Both the position numbers and the translations under genes were made by a program. Below the pieces are notes generated by a model, which saw only the letters and a program-made list of their open reading frames with translations, was not told where the DNA came from and ran no database searches. Of a DNA stretch of 32,928 bases, positions 1 through 9,040 are shown one piece after another. Source of the DNA: Thermoplasmatales archaeon (GTDB lineage: Archaea > Thermoplasmatota > E2 > DHVEG-1); contig JAGMDE010000002.1 in the NCBI GenBank assembly GCA_023128855.1, positions 1 through 32,928 on the forward strand. The letters run 5' to 3'. Each line of letters starts with the position of its first letter. Within the stretch, counting starts at the first letter, position 1.

Positions 1-2
1 AC

Positions 3-1388
3 GAATCAGTTGAGCTTGCTAAAGGACGAGCTTTTGGAACTAAAGGGGAACACAAAGCAGCAGATATACTTCTTGAGAATATGACAAAATTAGGACTTTA
101 TGCTTGGAAAGAGCAAATCCAAAATATTCCAAATAAGCCAGATTATTCAGAACTAACACATGGATATCAGGTGTCAGACTACAAATTAAAAATCACAAAT
201 ACAACCAGTGGACATGTGGAATCTGTTGATTGTCAAATAACTCTAGTAAAGTTAGAATCTCCACAGCATGGACAAGTAAATTATTTCAACTTTAGTGGAC
301 TCAAGATTAAAAAGAGACCCACAAAACCTCTTCAACGGATTAATGCTTTTATTGAAGATAAAAAAGGGGAGGATTATGTCCTCATCAAGGAACATGGTTA
401 TTTGGGTTTTTCTCGCAACCCTAATGCAACTTTCCCTATAGGTGTAAAAATACTCCATCGATTTTTTTACCCAATTAAACAAATAATGGTAGGACGCTTT
501 GGCGCATTAAGGAGGTTAGAGAAAGCAATTTTAAAAAAATTTTTTCCTAACTGTAAAGGTCTGATTATTTATGATTTTACTGATGATACTCGCGACATCT
601 CAGTTAAAGGACAGGCGGTGCCTAATATACTCATAAACGGGACAATAGGGAGAAAAATCGTTCAAGATACTGAAAATTATACTGTTGATTTTTATCTAAA
701 ACAACGTTACAATGAGTCAATAATTAGTTACAATGTGATAGGTCAGCTCAATGGAACAAATCCAAATAAAACGATTATTGTTGATTGTCTGTATGATTCA
801 GTATGGTGTCAGGGTACTGGCGATAGTGCTATTGGTATGGGAATTGTCATGGGTATTGCAAAATATTTTACTGATCATAATATCACACCGAAATATAACA
901 TTAAATTCATTGGTTTTGGCGGTGAAGAAACAGGATGCAGAGGGGCAAGATACTATGAGGCGGCTCATAAGGATGAAAATATAACACATGTAATTGACAT
1001 GAATCAAGTAGGATTCGATCAAAAAGATCCGCGTCTCACTCTTAATTTGATATGTAACAAATATAGTTTCATGAATGAAGTATGGAAGGTTGCAGAAAGA
1101 ACTGATTATGTAGAAAGAACAGGAAACACTAGAGACATAGCAAAGAGATGGTGGCCTGAGGGAGCCCCTAGTGATGATGCTACTTTTGGTCAGAATAGAC
1201 CAAATTGTAAGACTGTTTGTTTTCTAACTGATTTTCCATGGATATGGCATCATAGAGATGGCTTGAATCATACTGAGGGAGATGTTTTTAAATATTTTGA
1301 TCGGATATATACAAGTGCTACAGGTGAAATTGCACTAAATGTTACATTAGCCATAACTGTTGAGGAGGACAGGCTTAAAAGTAAGTAG
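3..1388 (+). CDS. M28-family / PA-domain peptidase-like secreted protein, paralog 1 (5' end lies left of the window)
   Basis: The frame is open from base 3. Residues upstream of the ATG at 81 (ESVELAKGRAFGTKGEHKAAD) align with the conserved N-terminal block of paralogs 2-4, so the gene is truncated by the window edge. M28-type motifs present: GTGDSAIGMG, GFGGEETGCRGA, IDMNQVGF, HHRDGLNHTEGD. Confidence 0.75.
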   Translation, partial: ESVELAKGRAFGTKGEHKAADILLENMTKLGLYAWKEQIQNIPNKPDYSELTHGYQVSDYKLKITNTTSGHVESVDCQITLVKLESPQHGQVNYFNFSGLKIKKRPTKPLQRINAFIEDKKGEDYVLIKEHGYLGFSRNPNATFPIGVKILHRFFYPIKQIMVGRFGALRRLEKAILKKFFPNCKGLIIYDFTDDTRDISVKGQAVPNILINGTIGRKIVQDTENYTVDFYLKQRYNESIISYNVIGQLNGTNPNKTIIVDCLYDSVWCQGTGDSAIGMGIVMGIAKYFTDHNITPKYNIKFIGFGGEETGCRGARYYEAAHKDENITHVIDMNQVGFDQKDPRLTLNLICNKYSFMNEVWKVAERTDYVERTGNTRDIAKRWWPEGAPSDDATFGQNRPNCKTVCFLTDFPWIWHHRDGLNHTEGDVFKYFDRIYTSATGEIALNVTLAITVEEDRLKSK

Positions 1389-1460
1389 ATTTAGAAAATG
1401 CCTATCTTATGGAATATTATAAAAAATATTATATATAAGTTGGTCCCATAACATATATTT

Positions 1461-3248
1461 ATGGCTTATGGGGGTAAAGATTTAACAAAAAGGCTGTTTG
1501 TACTAAGTGTTTTCATCTTATTAGTTGGAATTTCAATAATACCAAGTATAAATGGAAATGTGTCTGAAAATGGCGTTTATGATAAAGGAAATCAAGCAAT
1601 TGGTTCCTTAGAGGGTGATAATGGGCTTGATCTTCAATTCATTTATAATTTAACTGAGAATTTAAGCAATATCATATTTACTGAATATAACGAGTCTGCA
1701 GGTGAAATTGCTAAAGGAAGAGCATTTGGAACTAAAGGAGAACATAAAGCAGCACAAATGCTATTTGAAAATTTTTCAGATCTGGGACTCTATACATATT
1801 ATGAAAAATTAGAAAATACAAAAGAAAAACCTTATCTGGCTACTAATACAGATATTAATGAAAGAGGTTTAACAGTTATTGATAAAAATTCTCAATCTAT
1901 AACTAATGTCTCCGACTATTATATTTCTCCAAGAGTAAATCTGACTTATTTTAAGCTTTTTCTAGATGAATTTAAAGGTCAAAATCCAATAATTGGCACA
2001 ATTTTAGAAAAAATAATTACATCCTTCATTCTACGTAATAATGGAAGTTTTGATCGGAGATTTAATCTCTATGATTTTGACCGTTTGACGCATAATTTTT
2101 CATATAAAGGTTTAAAGGTGCTTCCAAAACCAACCTATTATTCATTAACAAAAGACATTATCCGATATTTTGATAATGATGAACCATTTGTGTATATCGA
2201 CAGAGATTATGAATTTACTAATTGGCCTCCTGCAGAACAGACAGTTTTTGATGGAATATTGTATGATAAGATTATTTCAAAGTTATTGGACGCATTCGGT
2301 GGACCAACTGAATATTTTATTTGGACTCTATTCCATCCGAATTGTAAGGGAATAATAAAATTTGATTCTAACAATGATGCCCATAATACTGGACCTTCTA
2401 CCTCATTTATTCCTGTAATTAGAGTAAATAAAACAGTTGGAGAAAAGATATATGATGACCCGGAAAATTATACGATAGATTTTTATCTCAATCAAAGCTG
2501 GAATGAATCTGTAGAAAGTTATAACGTAATCGGACAATTAAACGGAACAAATGAAGATGAAACAATAATAGTTTGTTCCTTATATGATAGCTGGTGGTGT
2601 CAGGGAACTGGAGATGCTGCAATTGGTATGTCCATGGTTGTTGCAATTGCTAAATACTTCAAAGAAAACAATATCGTGCCAAGATGTAATGTGAAATTTA
2701 TCGGTTTTTGTGGTGAAGAATATGGACTTAAAGGAGCCTTTCATTATGAGAATACTCACAAAGAAGAAAACATTTCATATATAATTGACTTAAATCAGAT
2801 TGGTTTTACACCTGTAGGACCTGAAGAACCTTACCTTAAATTCCAGATGTGGACAAATAATGAAGGATTAATTTCGACTTTGGATAAATTTCCTATTGAA
2901 AGCAATTATACAAATAGAACTGGGATAGAATATCAGTCAGTATTCGAATCTGAATCTGGACCGAGCAATGTACATCCATTTTGCCATAATATTACTAAAG
3001 GACGTAGAAAATGCGACACAATACTCGTTGTAAAAACAGGAGTTAAGGTTGATGGACCCAACTGGCTTGGTCACCATAAGGATGGAATAAATCATACACA
3101 CGGAGATTCAATTGATATTTTTAACTGGACAGATACCGAAGTAACCGGTGAACTTGCACTAAATCTTACAATATATTTTACTGTTGAAAAAGAAGATGAC
3201 CCTCCTGATAATAAATTTAAAAACCTAGCTTTAATTGCAAGGGATTAA
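1461..3248 (+). CDS. M28-family / PA-domain peptidase-like secreted protein, paralog 2
   Basis: 595-aa ORF with an N-terminal hydrophobic signal/anchor (RLFVLSVFILLVGISIIPSINGN). Conserved block TENLSNIIFTEYNESAGEIAKGRAFGTKGEHKAAQ. M28 motifs GTGDAAIGMS, GFCGEEYGLKGA, IDLNQIGF, HHKDGINHTHGD. I count 21 N-x-S/T sequons. Confidence 0.8.
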   Translation: MAYGGKDLTKRLFVLSVFILLVGISIIPSINGNVSENGVYDKGNQAIGSLEGDNGLDLQFIYNLTENLSNIIFTEYNESAGEIAKGRAFGTKGEHKAAQMLFENFSDLGLYTYYEKLENTKEKPYLATNTDINERGLTVIDKNSQSITNVSDYYISPRVNLTYFKLFLDEFKGQNPIIGTILEKIITSFILRNNGSFDRRFNLYDFDRLTHNFSYKGLKVLPKPTYYSLTKDIIRYFDNDEPFVYIDRDYEFTNWPPAEQTVFDGILYDKIISKLLDAFGGPTEYFIWTLFHPNCKGIIKFDSNNDAHNTGPSTSFIPVIRVNKTVGEKIYDDPENYTIDFYLNQSWNESVESYNVIGQLNGTNEDETIIVCSLYDSWWCQGTGDAAIGMSMVVAIAKYFKENNIVPRCNVKFIGFCGEEYGLKGAFHYENTHKEENISYIIDLNQIGFTPVGPEEPYLKFQMWTNNEGLISTLDKFPIESNYTNRTGIEYQSVFESESGPSNVHPFCHNITKGRRKCDTILVVKTGVKVDGPNWLGHHKDGINHTHGDSIDIFNWTDTEVTGELALNLTIYFTVEKEDDPPDNKFKNLALIARD

Positions 3249-4102
3249 ACAAACCCCTTAACAGAAAAAAGGGGAACATCTCTTTTAATTTCCTTTGGTA
3301 TTACAGGAGGTACTATTCGTGGTTTTACGATTTCTTCCTCTGGAATCCTCAGAGAAAGCAAATCATCCATTGTGATTTTCTTTTGTGGAAAATATTTAAC
3401 AATAGAGCTGTGAAAAACAACATTCTGAGGAAGAATTGGACCCCAAAATGGAATGATACCAAATTCATTTACACGAGTCTTAAAAAACCTGTTTAAGAAT
3501 AGTGATAATTTGAGAAGACCGAAACCATAGCCTATTCTAGCAGGTTTACGTCTATAGTTTTCAGGAGGATCAACACCGATAAACCTACAGATATTTTTTA
3601 CAACTTGATCTTGATTTTTTCTAAGTTCATTTATTGAATAAATAAAAACATTTTTTTTGCCGTAAAATTCATGCAATTTCTTGATATACAGTTCATAATC
3701 AAGTTTATCGAGATTCATATATTTATCAAGAAATCCTTGATAATCCAGCACGCCACCAACAGCAACATATTCAACATACCAGGAGATACGGCTGTCTTCT
3801 GCTTTTCTTGAGCCGAAAATGATTCTAGCTTTTGGAAATACTTTTTTTATTCTATCTAAACGTTTGAATCTGTCATCTTTCTTTGTAAACTGGTAAGTGT
3901 AGATATTTTCTTCAGAAATGATGTTTACTTTATCCTTACTTAGAACTTTAGTAAGTTTTTGTTTGATTTTTTCATAGTCAACTTCTTTTTTAAGGTTTAA
4001 TATGTCGTTAAAAGGAGATTTATAAAAGAAGTGCCAGAGATAATTTACATCTAAAAAAGGATATACATTCCACTGTAGAAATGTAGTTCCAGTTTTATGC
4101 AT
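3245..4102 (-). CDS. PAPS-type sulfotransferase (cytoplasmic)
   Basis: 5'-PSB P-loop HKTGTTFLQ lies directly after the first ATG, and a 3'-PB-like RKAEDSRISWY follows. The frame stays open upstream to 4138 and encodes TITNGEIVIHVG, the beta-strand that normally precedes the P-loop. The true start is therefore probably the ATT at 4135-4133, 7 nt after GGGGAG (see finding). The stop overlaps the stop of the convergent gene at 3245-3248. Confidence 0.7.
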   Translation of the reverse strand: MHKTGTTFLQWNVYPFLDVNYLWHFFYKSPFNDILNLKKEVDYEKIKQKLTKVLSKDKVNIISEENIYTYQFTKKDDRFKRLDRIKKVFPKARIIFGSRKAEDSRISWYVEYVAVGGVLDYQGFLDKYMNLDKLDYELYIKKLHEFYGKKNVFIYSINELRKNQDQVVKNICRFIGVDPPENYRRKPARIGYGFGLLKLSLFLNRFFKTRVNEFGIIPFWGPILPQNVVFHSSIVKYFPQKKITMDDLLSLRIPEEEIVKPRIVPPVIPKEIKRDVPLFSVKGFV

Positions 4103-4259
4103 ACCAACATGAATTACTATCTCTCCATTAGTAATGGTTTATCTCCCCAAGGCCAGAATTAATTATTGAAATAAAAATTTTTTCATTTTAATTAAAATTT
4201 AAAAATTAAGATGTTAAAAAGAAAAAGACAAAAATTATAAATGTTGTTATCTAAATGCC

Positions 4260-5117
4260 ATGAGTAATAAAACTAAAGAGGGAGCTAAAATAAAACAAAC
4301 AGAATTTATTCAAAAGAGAGACTGGGACATATTAATCATCCTTGATGCTTGCAGATATGACATTTTTAAAGAAATGTCTCAAAAGATACTAGGGAAAAGT
4401 AAAGTAACAAAGATGATAAGTCCAGCAACTCAGACAGTTGAATGGCTTGATAAAACATTTAAAGAACAAGATTTCTCAGATGTTATTTATGTTTCCTCAA
4501 ACCCTTTTGTAAATTCAAAAGGAATAATACCTGAACAGGGTGGTTATTCTTTTAATGGAAAAAATCATTTTAAAAAAATAGTTGACGTTTGGGACACAGG
4601 TTGGAACCCAGATATCAGTACAGTTCATCCTCTTGATGTAAATAAAGCAGCAATCGTATCAATGGATGTCCGTCCAAAGTTTAGATACATAATCCATTAT
4701 ATGCAACCGCATTCCCCTTACATTTTCTATGGTGGTCTAAAGACACATATGCATCCAGTTCAGAATATGCAAAAAAATCTAAATCCACCAACAGATTTGA
4801 GCATCTTTTCAAAAATAGCAAATAAGTTTCTTTCACAGGAAACTATATGGAAAATTGGTAAAAGTCTAGGTAGACCCCCAACATGGGATCTAGGTAAATT
4901 ATGGTTTAAATATGGTCGAGAAGGTATAGAAAAAGGGTATAGAGAAGATTTGAAATTGGTTCTCAACCATGTTAAAAAATTAATTAAATTATACCCTAAA
5001 AAGAAGATAATTATTACTGCGGATCATGGAGAGAGATTAGGAGAAAAAGGCAATTACGGCCATGGTGGTAAAAGAGATAAAGTTGTAATTGAAATTCCGT
5101 GGTTGGAATTTGATTAA
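4260..5117 (+). CDS. alkaline-phosphatase-superfamily metalloenzyme (phosphodiesterase / PglZ / sulfatase-like), no signal peptide
   Basis: N-terminal metal-ligand motif ILDACRYD, candidate nucleophile region SPATQT, HYMQPHSPY, and C-terminal ITADHGERLGEKGNYGHGG (DHG...HG motif of the AP superfamily). Divergent from the sulfotransferase across a 157-nt AT-rich spacer. Confidence 0.5.
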   Translation: MSNKTKEGAKIKQTEFIQKRDWDILIILDACRYDIFKEMSQKILGKSKVTKMISPATQTVEWLDKTFKEQDFSDVIYVSSNPFVNSKGIIPEQGGYSFNGKNHFKKIVDVWDTGWNPDISTVHPLDVNKAAIVSMDVRPKFRYIIHYMQPHSPYIFYGGLKTHMHPVQNMQKNLNPPTDLSIFSKIANKFLSQETIWKIGKSLGRPPTWDLGKLWFKYGREGIEKGYREDLKLVLNHVKKLIKLYPKKKIIITADHGERLGEKGNYGHGGKRDKVVIEIPWLEFD

Positions 5118-5192
5118 TAATTTTGTTTTTTTATTTATAGATGCTTATTATAAGGAAACATTTATTAACATTCAAAGTAACAATATAAATTA

Positions 5193-6746
5193 ATGAAATT
5201 AGTTAATAATAAACTTAAGTGCGGAATCACTCTAATTGTATTCTTTTTGTTATTAAATTCCTTTGTTTTTCAAGGACTAGGAGATAATGGTTCGATAATA
5301 AAAAATTCAGATTATGAATATAGTTACGAATTTTTAGATTTAAAATATATTTACAATATAACTGAGAATCTAAGCAATATCATTTTTACAGAATATAACG
5401 AATCTGCTGGTGAAATAGCAAAAGGACGAGCATTCGGAACAAAAGGCGAACATAAAGCAGCACAAATTTTATATGATAACTTTACAGCTTTAGGGCTTTA
5501 TACATACTATGAACAAATAAATAATACAGAACAATATCCAGAATTAACCCATGAGTTAGAAATTAGCGACTATTTTGTAAAGATAGATGAAAAAGAAATT
5601 GAGTCGTATATTGCACCAGTATGGTTTGAAACTTCTGAAAACGATTATTCCTTAAACTACACATATAATTATTCAAACCTTAAAGTTATAAAACCAAAAA
5701 TAAATCCTATAATATACCTTTTAAAACAAAAAATTAAAGGGACACTTGAGCCTTTTGTAATTATTTTAAAAGATAGGGCTTTTTATCCACATAATCCTTT
5801 AGGCAATATTTCATTTCTTAACAACTTTAAATTCAAATTTTATGTAATCCGCCAACTGCAATGTGCCATTCCCATTTTATACTCAATGCTTTGGGAAAAT
5901 TATCTAGATTATTTTAAAGGATTAATTTTGTATGATTTTTTTAATGAAGATGTTTATGATATGAACCTTTTGAAGTACGCAAACTGTGTTCCTTTCATTT
6001 ATATTAATAAAAGCTGTGGTAAAGAGATTCTTGAGAATATCGATAATACAAGAATCGATTTTAAATTAAGCCAACAGTTGAATACTTCAGTTATAAGCTA
6101 TAATGTAATTGGGCAAATAAATGGAACTTACGAAAATAAAACAGTTATTGTTGATTGTCTGTATGATTCTTGGTGGTGCCAGGGAACTGCAGATTCCGCA
6201 ATTGGTATGTCAATGGTGGTAGCAATTGCTAAATACTTCAAAGAAAACAATATCACCCCAAAATACACTATAAAATTCATTGGATTTTCAGGAGAAGAAG
6301 CAGGTTTGCGGGGAGCAAAATATTATGCATCTTCTCATCTTGATGAAGATATTGTTTATATGATTGATTTAAACCAATTAGGTTTTAATCAAACTGATCC
6401 GAAACTTGTGTTGAATATAATTGGTAATGATGGGGAGTTTTTAGATGAAATTGAAAATGTATGCAAAGATTCAAATTATGCAAATCGTGTTGATAGCTCT
6501 ATTGGTCTCGACCATATTTTGATAAAAAAAGGTATTCCAATTCCAAGTAATCCAATGCCTTTTGCTGATACCCATCCAGATTGCAAAGTTTTATGCTTTT
6601 TAAAAGACAATGGATGGACGCTTCATCATAGGGATGGTTTAAACCATACAGAAGGAGATGTTTTAAAATATTTTGATCCTGAAGATGTTAATGTTACCGG
6701 TGAAATAATATTAAATGTTGTAAAATATCTAACGACAGATTTTTAA
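5193..6746 (+). CDS. M28-family / PA-domain peptidase-like secreted protein, paralog 3
   Basis: Signal peptide MKLVNNKLKCGITLIVFFLLLNSFVFQG. The 35-aa block TENLSNIIFTEYNESAGEIAKGRAFGTKGEHKAAQ is identical to paralog 2. Motifs GTADSAIGMS, GFSGEEAGLRGA, IDLNQLGF, HHRDGLNHTEGD. The C-terminus is nearly identical to paralog 4. Confidence 0.8.
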   Translation: MKLVNNKLKCGITLIVFFLLLNSFVFQGLGDNGSIIKNSDYEYSYEFLDLKYIYNITENLSNIIFTEYNESAGEIAKGRAFGTKGEHKAAQILYDNFTALGLYTYYEQINNTEQYPELTHELEISDYFVKIDEKEIESYIAPVWFETSENDYSLNYTYNYSNLKVIKPKINPIIYLLKQKIKGTLEPFVIILKDRAFYPHNPLGNISFLNNFKFKFYVIRQLQCAIPILYSMLWENYLDYFKGLILYDFFNEDVYDMNLLKYANCVPFIYINKSCGKEILENIDNTRIDFKLSQQLNTSVISYNVIGQINGTYENKTVIVDCLYDSWWCQGTADSAIGMSMVVAIAKYFKENNITPKYTIKFIGFSGEEAGLRGAKYYASSHLDEDIVYMIDLNQLGFNQTDPKLVLNIIGNDGEFLDEIENVCKDSNYANRVDSSIGLDHILIKKGIPIPSNPMPFADTHPDCKVLCFLKDNGWTLHHRDGLNHTEGDVLKYFDPEDVNVTGEIILNVVKYLTTDF

Positions 6747-6792
6747 TGATTAAATACAAATATTTTCATTATATTTCTCTTTATTTACAAAT

Positions 6793-6817
6793 GCGGATAT
6801 GATCTAGTGGTTATGAT
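6793..6817 (+). pseudogene. tRNA-Gly 5' fragment (positions 1-25: acceptor 5' strand plus complete D-arm), A5 variant
   Basis: gcggatatgatctagtggttatgat matches the first 25 nt of the tRNA at 13793 exactly (25/25). Homology stops at the position 25/26 boundary. Confidence 0.85.
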
Positions 6818-6985
6818 TTAAGTAAGAATTGTTAAAATTTAGATAGTATTATGGATAGGTTTTTTCTAAAAACCTCTTTTTTCCTATTTTTTTATTTGAC
6901 ATTGTCCTCATTGTATAAACTAAGATAAAAGTTTATATTAAAATAAGATATTATGGATTTATTATTCTTAAAGAGGTGCATAAAA

Positions 6986-9040
6986 ATGGGAAGTAGATTG
7001 TTTAATAAAGGTTTAGTTTTTGTCATAATATTTTTGTTTGTTGGAGCTAGTGTTGGTGTTTGTAACTTTAATAAAACAAAATGGACTTTAACCGAAAGTG
7101 AAGGATGGGACGATATTACTGTTAGTACTTGCAACTGTGAAAAAAACAAACCAGCTATTATTGATGGTGAGGATTCGACCTCTAAAGGGCTTACTAGTGA
7201 AGATATAGCCGCTTTGCAGAAACAGGCAGAAATCGAGGGGTGGACATATACTGTTAGTGAAAATCCAGCTACAAAATATTCTATAGATGAGTTATGTGGA
7301 TTAGTTGAGCCTGAGGACTGGTGGGTTGGAGCCGAGTTTGATCCATGTTTGCCCGCTGGCGCATTACCAGATTCTTTTGACTGGCGTGTGGTAGCTGGTG
7401 GTTTACCTCCAGTAAAAAATCAGGGAGGATGTGGAAGTTGCTGGGCTTTTGGAACAATTGCCCCTTTGGAATGTAATATAAAAATTGTTGATGGTGTAAC
7501 AGACGATCTTTCAGAGCAATGGCTTGTCTCTTGCAACGTAGATGGATATGGCTGCAGTGGTGGCTGGTGGTGCCATGAATATTTTATATTAGATGGAAAT
7601 AAGGCAGATCCATGTGGTGATTCCGGAGCTGTTTTAGAGGAATATTTCCCATATGTTGCATATGACGCGCCATGTAATTGTCCGTATCCACATGACTATT
7701 TCATTGATGATTGGGCATATGTTGGTCCGATAAATGGTGTTGCCACAGTTGGACAAATAAAACAGGCAATCTATGAATACGGTCCAGTGTCAGTTGCTGT
7801 ATGTGTGAACTCGGCTTTTCAGGGCTATTCTGGTGGAATATTCAGTGGTCCTAGCTGTGGTAGTATAAATCATGCTGTAGCTCTTGTTGGATGGGATGAC
7901 AACCAAGGAACAAACGGCGTATGGTTTTTACGTAACTCTTGGGGATCTGGTTGGGGAGAAGGTGGATACATGCGTATTGAATATGGTGTTAGCAGTGTTG
8001 GATATAGAACAGTCCGGGTTGATTACGGTGGTTTTCAAAACTACCCGCCAAATGTACCAAGCAATCCTGATCCAGAAGATGGAGAGACTGGTGTAAAAAC
8101 TTGGGCTGATTTGAGCTGGACTGGTGGGGATCCAAACTATGGTGACACAGTTACCTATGATGTGTATTTTGAGAAAGGCGATTCCACACCAGATGTATTG
8201 GTATCAGATGATCAACTAGAAACCACCTATGATCCTGGAACAATGGATTATGACTCACATTATTACTGGCAGATTATTGCAACAGATGATCTTGGAGAAT
8301 CTACAACAGGTCCAATATGGGATTTCACCACTCGTTCACCACCCAATAATGCTCCATATGAGCCTAGTAACCCTAGTCCAGCCGATGGTGCAATAGACTG
8401 TGATATTGATATTGATTTCAGCTGGACAGGTGGAGATCCTGACCCTGATGATACTGTTTTTTACGATGTTTATTTAGATGCAAATAATCCTATTCCAACT
8501 ACTTTAGTTTCTGACGATCAAACAGAGACTACATTTGACCCAGGGACTCTTAATAAGGGTATTACTTATTATTGGAAAGTTCATGCTAAAGATAACCATA
8601 ATAGGGTAACTCGTGGACCTGTTTGGCATTTTACTACCGAAGAAGAACCGCCGAATGAACCACCAAATCCGCCAACTATTACAGGTGAGACAAATGGACA
8701 AACTGGAGTAACTTATGATTATAACTTTATTTCAACTGATCCAGAAGGTAATTTTATATCCTATTTTGTCAACTGGGGAGACGATACAACTAGTGATTGG
8801 ACTGAATTTGTATTCTCAGGAACTACAGTAACGTTATCAAAAACTTGGAGTACAGACGGAATATTTACTATTCAAGCAAAAGCAAAAGACATAAATGGTG
8901 CTGAGAGCGAATTGGGAACACTAACAGTTACAATGCCACGGAACAAAATAATTAACAGACCATTCCTACAGTTCCTAGAGAATCACCCAAATATGTTTCC
9001 GATCCTACAAAAACTTCTTCATAGATTAGGACTAAAATAA
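6986..9040 (+). CDS. secreted papain-like (C1) cysteine peptidase with 2 Fn3-like modules, a PKD-like domain and the FPxLxxLL C-terminal tail
   Basis: Catalytic motifs QGGCGSCWAFG, INHAVALVGWD and NSWGSGWGEGGY. I prefer the ATG at 6986 (AGAGGTG SD 7 nt upstream, then signal peptide MGSRLFNKGLVFVIIFLFVGASV) over the ORF-track start at 6953. PKD-like segment YFVNWGDDTTSDW...AKDINGAES. Tail FLQFLENHPNMFPILQKLLHRLGLK. Confidence 0.85.
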   Translation: MGSRLFNKGLVFVIIFLFVGASVGVCNFNKTKWTLTESEGWDDITVSTCNCEKNKPAIIDGEDSTSKGLTSEDIAALQKQAEIEGWTYTVSENPATKYSIDELCGLVEPEDWWVGAEFDPCLPAGALPDSFDWRVVAGGLPPVKNQGGCGSCWAFGTIAPLECNIKIVDGVTDDLSEQWLVSCNVDGYGCSGGWWCHEYFILDGNKADPCGDSGAVLEEYFPYVAYDAPCNCPYPHDYFIDDWAYVGPINGVATVGQIKQAIYEYGPVSVAVCVNSAFQGYSGGIFSGPSCGSINHAVALVGWDDNQGTNGVWFLRNSWGSGWGEGGYMRIEYGVSSVGYRTVRVDYGGFQNYPPNVPSNPDPEDGETGVKTWADLSWTGGDPNYGDTVTYDVYFEKGDSTPDVLVSDDQLETTYDPGTMDYDSHYYWQIIATDDLGESTTGPIWDFTTRSPPNNAPYEPSNPSPADGAIDCDIDIDFSWTGGDPDPDDTVFYDVYLDANNPIPTTLVSDDQTETTFDPGTLNKGITYYWKVHAKDNHNRVTRGPVWHFTTEEEPPNEPPNPPTITGETNGQTGVTYDYNFISTDPEGNFISYFVNWGDDTTSDWTEFVFSGTTVTLSKTWSTDGIFTIQAKAKDINGAESELGTLTVTMPRNKIINRPFLQFLENHPNMFPILQKLLHRLGLK
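8057..8638 (+). repeat. two tandem ~92-aa Fn3-like modules inside the C1 peptidase gene (period 306 nt)
   Basis: Module 1 (8057-8332): PSNPDPEDG...LSWTGGDPNYGDTVTYDVYF...YYWQIIATDD...GPIWDFTT. Module 2 (8363-8638): PSNPSPADG...FSWTGGDPDPDDTVFYDVYL...YYWKVHAKDN...GPVWHFTT. Confidence 0.7.

Noticed and set aside
3245-3248. Convergent genes sharing overlapping stop codons (TTAA)
   Set aside because: This is a trivial 4-nt overlap of TAA stops on opposite strands, common in compact genomes. It is not evidence of coupling.
8950-9040. Interpreting the shared C-terminal tail as a known PGF-CTERM, PEF-CTERM or LPXTG-type transmembrane sorting signal
   Set aside because: There is no tripeptide signature followed by a ~20-residue uncharged helix and a basic cluster. 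The segment after FP is ~12 residues and contains K/R/E/Q. It is therefore reported as a distinct candidate signal instead.
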